DNA of 28,220 nucleotides, taken from positions 1-28,220 of the IMG/VR virus record IMGVR_UViG_3300020044_001006; one strand, 5' to 3'. Origin of the DNA: a virus. Lineage: Duplodnaviria > Caudoviricetes. Made by a program: the position numbers and the translations under genes. The notes beneath the pieces are model-generated. The model was not told the DNA's origin. It did not search any database and saw only the letters and a list, made by a program, of their open reading frames with translations. Shown in pieces: positions 1-7,910 of this stretch (its first letter is position 1; each line of letters begins with the position of its first letter).

Positions 1-90
1 CACCATATCCCATTCCTACGGGCAAGTTTTGAGGTTCAGACTGACTACTACTATAAGACCATGGCAGAGGAGATGGGGTTGTGGGAATGA
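1..90 (+). CDS. 3' end of a hypothetical protein (truncated by window edge)
   Basis: Frame 1 is open from base 1 (HHIPFLRASFEVQTDYYYKTMAEEMGLWE) to TGA at 88-90. Confidence 0.5.
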   Translation, partial: HHIPFLRASFEVQTDYYYKTMAEEMGLWE

Positions 91-506
91 TAACCTTAGC
101 AACTGCCCTAAAGTAATAATGAAAGGATAAACAATGGCTTTTTATATGTGGGATCAAAACAACTCTGGTGGAAGTTTTGTTGTAAATGAGAACCTTTCAC
201 ATCGTGTTGTAATTGAAGCTAAGAATAAAGAGGAAGCGGAAAGTAAAGCATCTTACTTTGGTATCTATTATGATGGAGTAGAAGAAGGTATTGATTGTAA
301 ATGTTGTGGTGATCGCTGGTACAAAGATTATTATGAACTTGATTGTGAGGGTATGGACACTTATCTACAAAACCTAGCTGATGAATATGGTTGGGAAGAC
401 CCTGACATTATTGTACACTATCTTGACGGAACTAAAAAGACTTTTACTGGCAATGGGGTAACTGTTTTTGCTGGCGAGAGGTACAAGAAGTGATAACCTT
501 AGCAAC
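88..506 (+). repeat. 16-bp direct repeat TGATAACCTTAGCAAC at 88-103 and 491-506, flanking ORF 134..493
   Basis: Exact match read from the sequence; each copy overlaps a stop codon and a start reading M-I-T-L-A-T. Confidence 0.9.
134..493 (+). CDS. Conserved-looking phage hypothetical protein (QNNSGG and DCxCCGDRW motifs, possibly metal binding)
   Basis: SD AAGGA upstream; acidic 119-aa ORF with a Cys cluster. Confidence 0.75.
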   Translation: MAFYMWDQNNSGGSFVVNENLSHRVVIEAKNKEEAESKASYFGIYYDGVEEGIDCKCCGDRWYKDYYELDCEGMDTYLQNLADEYGWEDPDIIVHYLDGTKKTFTGNGVTVFAGERYKK

Positions 507-849
507 CTTATGCCTTGCGGCTAACATCTACTTCGAAGCACGAGGAGAGCCACCTGATGGTCAAATCCTAGTGGCAGAGGTCACAATGAATATCGCTGGT
601 AAAGATGGAGATATTTGCGCTACTGTCTTCGAAGAAGGAGAATTTAGCTGGACAAACGATGAAAATTTGGTTATAGAAGAACCAGAGGCGTTCAGTAAAG
701 CGTTTGTTTTGGCACAGGAAATCCTTGAGAAAGGTTGCATCCTATGCACCAAAGCTACTAACTTCCACACTAGGGATACTGAACCTTACTGGGCTAAACA
801 TATGACACTGATCGGTGGTTATGGTAACCATCTGTTCTACATAGAATAG
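490..849 (+). CDS. Cell wall hydrolase, SleB/Hydrolase_2 family
   Basis: CLAxNIYFEARGE..GQ..VA.V motif, FSW, and C-terminal P.WA...GNHLFY, typical of SleB-like lytic transglycosylases. Confidence 0.85.
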   Translation: MITLATLCLAANIYFEARGEPPDGQILVAEVTMNIAGKDGDICATVFEEGEFSWTNDENLVIEEPEAFSKAFVLAQEILEKGCILCTKATNFHTRDTEPYWAKHMTLIGGYGNHLFYIE

Positions 850-858
850 GAGAATAAC

Positions 859-1113
859 ATGCTTACTATCCAGACAGTTCAAGAGATTATCGAAAAGAAA
901 GGCACTAAGATCGCCACAGTCACCTTCCTAAAGTCTGATGGTACGATCCGTACAGTAAATGGTCTGTTCAAGCCCAGTAGCAAAATTGTGGGGTCTGAAC
1001 GTGGTGTTGCCCAAGGGGAAGCTATGAAATCTCGTGGTCAAATCCCTGTGTATGAGCTTGCAAGCAAGCAGTGGAAAAGTTTTTATGCAGACCGAGTGTT
1101 GGAGATTAAGTAA
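859..1113 (+). CDS. Hypothetical protein, probable SH3/Sm-like (WYL_2-like) beta barrel
   Basis: VTFLKSDGTIR...VYE...WKSF pattern; SD AGGAG. Confidence 0.55.
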   Translation: MLTIQTVQEIIEKKGTKIATVTFLKSDGTIRTVNGLFKPSSKIVGSERGVAQGEAMKSRGQIPVYELASKQWKSFYADRVLEIK

Positions 1114-1376
1114 TGGAAGATACATTGGAAGTCATAGGGGGGGGGCGGGAAATGCTCTGGTTTATTATCTGGATGCTAATTGGTTTTGCTGGTGGTATCC
1201 ATGCGCTGATTACTATTAGACGGGACTTACAAAAAGACTACCCTTTGTATGATCTAAAGTCTGACCCATTGATTGAAAATCTTTATGACGCAGTAATTAT
1301 TTTTATGGGTGGGCTGCTTGGCCCTGTTAGCTTTTTTGTGACGGCATTTATTTTCCCACGGAGTTTCTTCAAATGA
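1113..1376 (+). CDS. Small two-TM membrane protein (alternative start ATG 1152)
   Basis: Two hydrophobic segments; TAATG coupling to the upstream gene; contains a G9 run at 1137-1145. Confidence 0.6.
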   Translation: MEDTLEVIGGGREMLWFIIWMLIGFAGGIHALITIRRDLQKDYPLYDLKSDPLIENLYDAVIIFMGGLLGPVSFFVTAFIFPRSFFK

Positions 1377-1585
1377 TTAAAGCACCGCAAAGCGGTCAAA
1401 CGGCTATCGCCGCTACGCTAATCGCATCGAAGCTCTGGTCACTGATCTGGAAAACGCTGTTGATGTGTTGCGGGAAATCCTATTCACTTCACCACACTGG
1501 TAACTGGCTTGATGCCTTGGCACGTGGACAGGCGTTCTTGACTAGACTGGATATGATCTACCTAGAGATGGATGAGAGCAAATGA
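1373..1585 (+). CDS. Hypothetical protein, possibly frameshifted or degenerate
   Basis: ATGA overlaps at both ends, but a more protein-like reading lies in another frame at 1381-1503. Confidence 0.4.
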   Translation: MIKAPQSGQTAIAATLIASKLWSLIWKTLLMCCGKSYSLHHTGNWLDALARGQAFLTRLDMIYLEMDESK

Positions 1586-1767
1586 ATATCCAAGAGGCTA
1601 TTGACTTAGAGATCACCCGTCTGCTAGAATTTGCAGCGGACATCCTTGAAGAACAAAATAGGCGCTGCGATTGGGTATATGGTAGTATAACCCTTGAGGT
1701 AGTTAACCTACAGATTTCTTCCTACAAAAGACTTGAACAAGATTTACAAAAGGACGATAACAAATGA
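1582..1767 (+). CDS. Hypothetical protein
   Basis: ATGA overlaps with both neighbours; 61-aa helical ORF. Confidence 0.65.
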   Translation: MNIQEAIDLEITRLLEFAADILEEQNRRCDWVYGSITLEVVNLQISSYKRLEQDLQKDDNK

Positions 1768-2540
1768 TTAAGGTTACACTAATCGACAGCATGGGATCAG
1801 ACCTTACAACTGTTAACGCAGCACGGGTATCCTTTGGGAAGGTATCAGAGGGGGAGATCATTGAGTTCGACCTTTTACATCACGATCCAGAGGCAATCAA
1901 AGCATCTGTCGCTGCATACAAAGCAGAAGGCTGGGTTATTACTTCCGATCTTAATAATTGGAAAATTATTGTAAAAAAGCCAACTCAGAAAGATGCTAAA
2001 CTTATTAGCTATCTGGCCGAGCATAAACACTTCTCACCCTTCGGTCATGCCTTTGCATCCTTCCATGTGAAAGCCCCTATCTTTGTTGCTCGTCAACTGG
2101 TGAAGCATAAGTTCTTGCGCTGGAATGAAATCAGTCGTCGTTATGTTGATGATGAACCTGAGTTCTATGTGCCAGAGGTATGGCGTGGACGTAGTGAAGA
2201 CAAGAAGCAGGGGAGTTCTGATGTCACTATCTCTATTGATACAGCTTTTATCCCCATAGATGACGGATATTCATACCCTCCAGAAGTCGTAGCTTTAGTT
2301 TCTTACAAAATGTTGTTGAAAGCTGGAATAGCACCAGAGCAAGCACGTATGGTTCTACCTCAATCGACAATGACTGAATTTTATTGGTCTGGGTCTCTCG
2401 ATGCCTTTGCTAGTATGTGTGTATTGCGCCTTAAAGGTGATACCCAATACGAAACAAGGCTTGTCGCACAGCAAATTGACGAAGTTATGTCTAACTTGTT
2501 TCCTGTAAGTTGGAAGGCATTGGTTCATGGCGAGGCGTGA
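1764..2540 (+). CDS. thyX: Flavin-dependent thymidylate synthase
   Basis: MGSDLTTVNAARVS, HFSPF, APIFVARQLVKH..NEISRRY, PEQARMVLP and Q.E.R motifs. Confidence 0.95.
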   Translation: MIKVTLIDSMGSDLTTVNAARVSFGKVSEGEIIEFDLLHHDPEAIKASVAAYKAEGWVITSDLNNWKIIVKKPTQKDAKLISYLAEHKHFSPFGHAFASFHVKAPIFVARQLVKHKFLRWNEISRRYVDDEPEFYVPEVWRGRSEDKKQGSSDVTISIDTAFIPIDDGYSYPPEVVALVSYKMLLKAGIAPEQARMVLPQSTMTEFYWSGSLDAFASMCVLRLKGDTQYETRLVAQQIDEVMSNLFPVSWKALVHGEA

Positions 2541-2895
2541 AAAGGAAAGGGACAACAACTCTCAAAGGGAGTGGAGAAAGAAAAACCCATTTAAATTCAA
2601 ATGCAGCGCAAAAAGACAGGACTGCGCTAAAAGGGGCATATTGTTCAGTCTTACACCAGAGTATCTTGAGGTCATTTGGACGGGCAGATGCCCAGTGCTA
2701 TCGGTAGACATGGATATTCTGTCGCACAAGGACAGTTTGTACGCCCCTCAACTAGACCGAGTTGACCCGAATGGTGGTTATGTTGAGGGGAATGTTGTCT
2801 GGCTCTCACGTAGGGCCAATAACATAAAGGGCAATGCAACAGTAGAAGAACTTGAGGCTGTTGTTAAATGGATGAAAGGGGAACAGTGTGTCTGA
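2527..2895 (+). CDS. Free-standing HNH-like (beta-beta-alpha-Me) homing endonuclease
   Basis: CPV..., LDRVDP..GYVEGNV.W.S..AN.IK motif; overlaps the thyX 3' end. Confidence 0.8.
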   Translation: MARREKERDNNSQREWRKKNPFKFKCSAKRQDCAKRGILFSLTPEYLEVIWTGRCPVLSVDMDILSHKDSLYAPQLDRVDPNGGYVEGNVVWLSRRANNIKGNATVEELEAVVKWMKGEQCV

Positions 2896-3007
2896 ATACC
2901 CCGATTTTTCAAACAGGAAAGATCACAAGGCAATGAAGCGTACTCGAAAAACCCTTATTTACAACTATAATCTTCCCAATCCTCTCAAGTATGAAGGGGA
3001 AGTCTAA
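2888..3007 (+). CDS. Small hypothetical protein, 39 aa (MSEYPDFSNRKDHKAMKRTRKTLIYNYNLPNPLKYEGEV), not in the ORF track
   Basis: GTG 2888 follows purine-rich AAAGGGGAA; TAA 3005-3007 overlaps the next ATG (TAATG); fills the gap exactly. Confidence 0.55.
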   Translation: MSEYPDFSNRKDHKAMKRTRKTLIYNYNLPNPLKYEGEV

Positions 3008-3267
3008 TGGAAGAAGAAACAGTAAATAAAATAGGTCGTGTTCAGTTTGTAGAAGAAACTGTTGCAGAGGATGGCAGTTCTCTTATGACCTTTGAGATTG
3101 ATGCTGCTGCTTCTAAACTGATCGAAGAAATTGGCCTACGTTTTCTCGTAACTTGTGCAGCATACGATCTAGACCTAGAGGATGCGTTTAATGCAGTGTC
3201 TGATCGGGGAGAGTATCTGCAACAAGAGCCTGATGGTGGCAAGGAGTTTTTGGATTTTGGAGAATAA
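3007..3267 (+). CDS. Acidic hypothetical protein
   Basis: SD-like GAAGGGG and translational coupling. Confidence 0.7.
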   Translation: MEEETVNKIGRVQFVEETVAEDGSSLMTFEIDAAASKLIEEIGLRFLVTCAAYDLDLEDAFNAVSDRGEYLQQEPDGGKEFLDFGE

Positions 3268-3856
3268 TGATAGCCAACCAACAGACACAGAAATCTTGCA
3301 TCTGTGTAGAAGCCTAGCGGGAAGGTATAGGAACCAAAACCACTATGACGATCTAGTGAGTGAAGGTCTCATGGCTTGCTACGAGGCTAGGGCGCAGGGT
3401 ACAGTAGATAAGAGTGTCTACATCAGTTCTGCACGAAGGGCTATGAGTGACTATATCAACATCAAGATCAAGGCAGTGAAGACCCCTAGCACATGGGCCT
3501 CTAGGAGAGCCTCTAAGGCCGTTTCTAGCGCGTCTGACGTAGTGGGGCTGACTGGGGTAGCCGAAGGCACGTTTAACTCTCTGATGGCCGCTATGTCGAA
3601 TGTCACAGAGGATGTGTCGGAGGATACAGCATTTACCCCAGATCACTCCTTGGCCTATGAAGATCAAGAGTATAACCTGCACATACAGACTGTTGCAAAA
3701 AAGACACTAAACGCCACAGAATGGCAAATCATTAAGATGCGTTATTTTGATGATCTAACACAAGATGCTGTGGCAGAACTGACCAAGACTAACCAGAAGT
3801 GGGTATCACGACAAGAGACATCAGCACTTAACAAGCTACGAGTTGCAGTGTTGTAA
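3257..3856 (+). CDS. Phage-encoded sigma70-like RNA polymerase sigma factor (regions 2 and 4 only)
   Basis: YDDLVSEG (region 2); LN..E.QIIKMRYF.DLTQ..VAE......VSR.E..AL.KLR (region 4 HTH). Start reassigned to TTG 3257 behind AAGGAG at 3241-3246. Confidence 0.85.
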   Translation: MENNDSQPTDTEILHLCRSLAGRYRNQNHYDDLVSEGLMACYEARAQGTVDKSVYISSARRAMSDYINIKIKAVKTPSTWASRRASKAVSSASDVVGLTGVAEGTFNSLMAAMSNVTEDVSEDTAFTPDHSLAYEDQEYNLHIQTVAKKTLNATEWQIIKMRYFDDLTQDAVAELTKTNQKWVSRQETSALNKLRVAVL

Positions 3857-3874
3857 CAATTTGTGATCGAAAAC

Positions 3875-3905
3875 AGTGTCTAAGAAGTCAGAAAATGAAG
3901 GTATA
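3875..3905 (+). promoter_or_regulatory. Putative phage promoter, copy 1 (AGTGTCTA-N8-GAAAATGAAG-gTATA)
   Basis: Identical blocks and spacing to 7911-7941; intergenic, upstream of the primase-helicase. Confidence 0.65.
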
Positions 3906-3916
3906 AGTAAGAGGTA

Positions 3917-3988
3917 GTACTTAAGTTTTGGTCTTACGTTTTCATAATCATAACTAGTTAAGATAACTTAAGATTAAAACTTAAGTAT
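3917..3988 (+). promoter_or_regulatory. Long imperfect hairpin (~32 bp) in the primase-helicase leader
   Basis: 3917-3948 pairs with 3957-3988, with 3 mismatches and 4 G-U pairs. Confidence 0.75.
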
Positions 3989-4007
3989 AGACAATAGAGG
4001 AAACATC

Positions 4008-5543
4008 TTGGTAAATGTAACACATCAGCACTGTCCTTTCTGTGAATCTACAGATGCTTTTACTTATGATAAAGAAAAGAACGCCTATCGGTGTTTCAGT
4101 TGCGATAAGCAAGGGAGATATGACAAATTGGATAAAGGCTTAATTGAAGATACTTTTGTTGCAACAAAAACTAATTACACACCAAAGAATTTAGTTGATG
4201 GTAAATATGTTGCTATGCGTGGCATTTCTACAAAGACTATGGAAGAATTTGGTGTACTGACTTATGGGGATCAACAAGAATATGTTTACCCATCTGGTGG
4301 TAAAAAGGTAAGGCTTCTGACAGATAAGAAGTTCTTCGCTAAAGATGGTTTCAAAGGTGATGAACTTTTTGGGATGAACCTGTTTACTGCTGGTTGCTCA
4401 AAGAAGGTTACGATCACAGAGGGGGAGCTAGACGCACTGTCAGTGTCGCAGATGCTCAAGAGTACCTACCTTAACCCAGTGGTGTCTCTGCCCTCTGCAA
4501 ACCCCTCTAAGAAGCTCTGGGATAACTGTCACGATTGGCTGAACAGCTTTGAACATATTGTCCTGTCAGTGGATAATGATGAAGCTGGAAATAGCATTGC
4601 TGACAAGATCGCTAAGATGTTCCCGAACAAAGTCTATCGGGTGGATCACAGTAAGTTTAAGGATGCTAATGAGTTCCTACAGAACAATGCTGCTACAGAG
4701 TTTAAGAGTGCATGGTGGAACGCTAAGAAGTACACACCAGAGAATGTACTAAACACTACTGACCAATTCTTGTCTCTCTATCGTGATACACCAGAGCATC
4801 AGTATGTACCAACTGGTATTCAAGCACTAGACGATAAGATCATGGGTTTGATGCAAGGACACTTCACTGTTATCAAAGCCCCCACGGGTATCGGTAAAAC
4901 TGAGGTTATGCGTTATCTAGAGTACAATATGTTGCAACGTGGCATCCCTATTGCAGCTTGGCACTTGGAAGAAACTAAACTGCGTACTTTGCTTGGCCTT
5001 GTTTCTTATGAATTGCAGGACAATTTGACCCGCAGGGATTTGATTGAGGAAAAGCAGGCAGAAGACCTTGTTATCGAAGCCATCAAGAAACTAACAAAAG
5101 ATGAATTGTTCTATCAGTTTTATCTAGGTGATGGCCAAGGTGCTGACGAGCTAATCGACCAGATCAGGTTCTTTAGTCAAGCGGCTGGTTGTAAGTTTGT
5201 GTTCTTCGAGCCTATCCAAGATGTTGTTGCTGGCACATCAGAGGAAAGTAAGGAACAGATGCTTGCTGATCTATCTGTACGTCTGTCTAAGCTGGCTGCT
5301 GAATTGAATGTAGGTATTGTTACTATTGCTCATACCAATGATAATGGTGATCCTAAGTATTGTAAAATGATTGGTCAACGTGCATCAGTGATTATCGACT
5401 TGCAGCGTGATAAAGAAGCAGATAGTCTTGAGGAACGTAACACAACCTACATTCGGGTAGAGAAGAACCGCCCATGTTCTGAGGAAGGTAGTGCAGGTAT
5501 GTTGCGGTTTAACACAGAGACATTCACTTTGAGGGAAGTATGA
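4008..5543 (+). CDS. T7 gp4-like DNA primase-helicase
   Basis: Zn finger CPFC..CFSC; TOPRIM EGELDAL, DNDEAG, KDANE; SF4 Walker A APTGIGKT and EKNR; TTG start behind GAGG. Confidence 0.93.
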   Translation: MVNVTHQHCPFCESTDAFTYDKEKNAYRCFSCDKQGRYDKLDKGLIEDTFVATKTNYTPKNLVDGKYVAMRGISTKTMEEFGVLTYGDQQEYVYPSGGKKVRLLTDKKFFAKDGFKGDELFGMNLFTAGCSKKVTITEGELDALSVSQMLKSTYLNPVVSLPSANPSKKLWDNCHDWLNSFEHIVLSVDNDEAGNSIADKIAKMFPNKVYRVDHSKFKDANEFLQNNAATEFKSAWWNAKKYTPENVLNTTDQFLSLYRDTPEHQYVPTGIQALDDKIMGLMQGHFTVIKAPTGIGKTEVMRYLEYNMLQRGIPIAAWHLEETKLRTLLGLVSYELQDNLTRRDLIEEKQAEDLVIEAIKKLTKDELFYQFYLGDGQGADELIDQIRFFSQAAGCKFVFFEPIQDVVAGTSEESKEQMLADLSVRLSKLAAELNVGIVTIAHTNDNGDPKYCKMIGQRASVIIDLQRDKEADSLEERNTTYIRVEKNRPCSEEGSAGMLRFNTETFTLREV

Positions 5544-5986
5544 AAGTTTACGTTTGGGACACAGAGACCAATGGACTTCTAGATGTTCTGGACAAAATCC
5601 ATGTCATTTCTTGGCAAGAAGTTGGCACTAACGAAGTCCATCATACACATGATTATGACAAGATGCGGGAGTTTATCAAAAATGCAGATGTATTGATCGC
5701 TCACAATCAGATTAGGTTCGACATCGTAGCAGTGGAAAAAGTCCTAGGCATTAAGGTAAAGGCTCGTCTGATCGACACTTTGGCTTTGTCTTGGTATCTT
5801 AACCATGATCGTGTTAAGCATGGTCTAGAGTGGTATGGCGTAGAGTATGGTATCCCTAAGCCTGTAATCAAAGATTGGGACAGTCTTACACCAGAAGACT
5901 ATGCCAACCGATGTCGCTCTGATGTAAAAATAAATTACCGCCTGTGGGTGGACTTAAGGTCAAAACTAAAGAGGTTGTACCCATGA
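5540..5986 (+). CDS. DNA polymerase family A, N-terminal 3'-5' exonuclease fragment
   Basis: ExoI DTETNG, ExoII HN..RFD, DTL, HGLE and ExoIII Y..RC..DV. Confidence 0.92.
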   Translation: MKVYVWDTETNGLLDVLDKIHVISWQEVGTNEVHHTHDYDKMREFIKNADVLIAHNQIRFDIVAVEKVLGIKVKARLIDTLALSWYLNHDRVKHGLEWYGVEYGIPKPVIKDWDSLTPEDYANRCRSDVKINYRLWVDLRSKLKRLYP

Positions 5987-6441
5987 AGTCAAATAAGTTA
6001 CCTGAGTTAAATGTTCTAGAAAAGCTATTTTCTTATGACAAAGATACAGGGATCGTCATAAGAAAGGTTTCTGTGTCAAGAAACACTAAGGAAGGAGATT
6101 TAGTAGGAAGTAAGTCTAACGTGGGGTATTTGAAAGTTACTGTTGAGGGAAAAAGTTACCCTCTCTCACGTATTTGCTACAAAATGTACACGAAGAAAGA
6201 CCCATTAGGCGAAATCGATCATGTAAACCGCAATAGGATGGATAACAGGGCAAATAATTTGAGGGATGTCAGTAGTCAAGTGAATCAACTTAATAGACGA
6301 GCGAAGGGTTACACTGTGCTTAAGAATGGTAGGTATAGGGTCACCTTGCATAACAAAGACGTAGGCTATTTTAATTGCCCGACTGCCGCCACTCTTGCCT
6401 ACTTGAAAGCAAAAGGAGATTTTATTGCAAGACTTAAGTGA
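5983..6441 (+). mobile_element. HNH homing endonuclease with C-terminal AP2-like domain, interrupting the polymerase gene
   Basis: LFSYD..TG, GY, IDHVNRNRMDNRANNLR (HNH_3) and GRYRV...VGYF....A..AY; ATG 5983 overlaps the exo stop (ATGA). Confidence 0.9.
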
Positions 6442-7846
6442 AGAAGCATGGCGACTGATCGACTACCTTACCTTCAAGATGGACTGTGCAAAAGAGCAAG
6501 AGTCCCTGCGATGGAAATTAGACGTAGAAAAGACACAAGAAGCCTACGATCAGATTATGTTGCTGAAAGAGGAAAAGGTAGTGCAACTGGCCGAGGCTAT
6601 GCCAAAGCGTGTTATTACCCGTGTAGCAACAAAGCCAAAGGTTATGTATAAGAAAGATGGGGAACTGTCTTCTCATGGTGAAAAGTGGGTAGAGTTGTGC
6701 AAGGAATACAAGCAACCTATTACTACCCAATCTTTTGCTATCAAGGTTGGAGAGGAACAGGGTAATCCTAACTCGTCAGATCAGGTTAAGGATTGGCTAT
6801 ACAGTCTAGGGTGGCAACCTCGTACATTTAAGTTTGTTCGTGACAAGACTACAGGTGAAGAACGTCAGATCGAACAGGTGAGAGACGATGGTGAGCTTTG
6901 TGAGAGTGTTAAAGAGTTGAACGAACTAGACCCTGCTGTAGACCTTCTGGATGGCCTTACAGTGCTTACTCACAGGGCTGGTATCCTTAAGTCTTTCCTC
7001 GACTGTGTATCACCAGATGGCTATCTAAAGGCGGAGATTGCAGGGTTTACCAACACTATGCGCTTCAAACATTCGAAGCCTTTGGTAAATCTACCCAGTG
7101 TAGACAAGCCTTATGGTGACGTTATTCGTGGTGTTCTCACCTGCCCCGATGGATACGTTCTAGCTGGTGCGGATATGACTAGCCTAGAAGACACAACAAA
7201 ACGTCACTACATGAAACCTTTAGACCCTGACTACATAGAAGAAATGTCACGAGAGGGTTTCGATCCCCACCTTGACTTATGCAAGTTTGCTGGTGAGATT
7301 ACTCAAGGTGATATTGATGCTTACAATCGGGGAGAAAAGCCAGAACTTAAGAAGGTTCGCAAAGCGTATAAGGTCGTAAACTACAGCGCATTGTATGGCG
7401 TAGGAGCCTCTAAGCTGGCCCGTGGCACAGGTCTAAGCGTTAAGCAGGCTAAGGCACTACTAGAGGCTTTCTGGGCGCGTAACTGGGCTATTAAACAGGT
7501 CTCTGATAACGTACGTACTAGGGGACTGTTTGGCTCTATGTGGCTATACAATCCTGTATCTAACTTCTGGTATAGCTTGCGCAGTGACAAAGATCGCTTC
7601 TCTACTTTGAACCAAGGTACTGGGGTATTTTGCTTTGATACTTGGGTTGCGCTATGTCGTAAGAATGGGGTCAAGACTATCGGCCAATTCCACGACGAGA
7701 TTGTTGCTTTGGTAGAAGAAGGTAAGCAAGACGAGGTTAAATCTATCCTACATGGTGCGGCTGCTAAGTTGAACGAGAAGGTAAAACTGAACGTACCTCT
7801 TGGCTGTGATGCACAATTTGGCAAGACTTACGCAAGTATCCACTAA
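6425..7846 (+). CDS. DNA polymerase family A, polymerase-domain fragment
   Basis: Motif A DMTSLE, motif B RKAYKVVNYSALYG, motif C FHDE; TTG start 6 nt after AAGGAG (6413-6418). Confidence 0.93.
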   Translation: MQDLSEEAWRLIDYLTFKMDCAKEQESLRWKLDVEKTQEAYDQIMLLKEEKVVQLAEAMPKRVITRVATKPKVMYKKDGELSSHGEKWVELCKEYKQPITTQSFAIKVGEEQGNPNSSDQVKDWLYSLGWQPRTFKFVRDKTTGEERQIEQVRDDGELCESVKELNELDPAVDLLDGLTVLTHRAGILKSFLDCVSPDGYLKAEIAGFTNTMRFKHSKPLVNLPSVDKPYGDVIRGVLTCPDGYVLAGADMTSLEDTTKRHYMKPLDPDYIEEMSREGFDPHLDLCKFAGEITQGDIDAYNRGEKPELKKVRKAYKVVNYSALYGVGASKLARGTGLSVKQAKALLEAFWARNWAIKQVSDNVRTRGLFGSMWLYNPVSNFWYSLRSDKDRFSTLNQGTGVFCFDTWVALCRKNGVKTIGQFHDEIVALVEEGKQDEVKSILHGAAAKLNEKVKLNVPLGCDAQFGKTYASIH

Positions 7847-7910
7847 TAGTGAGTCTTTTGTGCAACACATATAAATATAGTACACTTTCCATCAGAAATA
7901 TCTCTTGGTG

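Noticed and set aside
3182-3256. Long N-terminus of the sigma ORF
   Set aside because: It overlaps the upstream gene extensively; AAGGAG supports TTG 3257.
5951-6438. GACTTAAG as a target-site duplication of the HNH
   Set aside because: Only 8 bp, and CTTAAG is common in this genome. Joining at the repeat would delete the KLKRLY segment, which looks like genuine polymerase sequence.
5940-6445. Group I intron or ribosomal bypass joining the polymerase halves
   Set aside because: The HNH ORF overlaps both halves, I recognise no intron core, and a good SD-TTG restart exists. A ~440-nt hop is far longer than the known 50-nt T4 gene 60 bypass. Not formally excluded without a covariance search.
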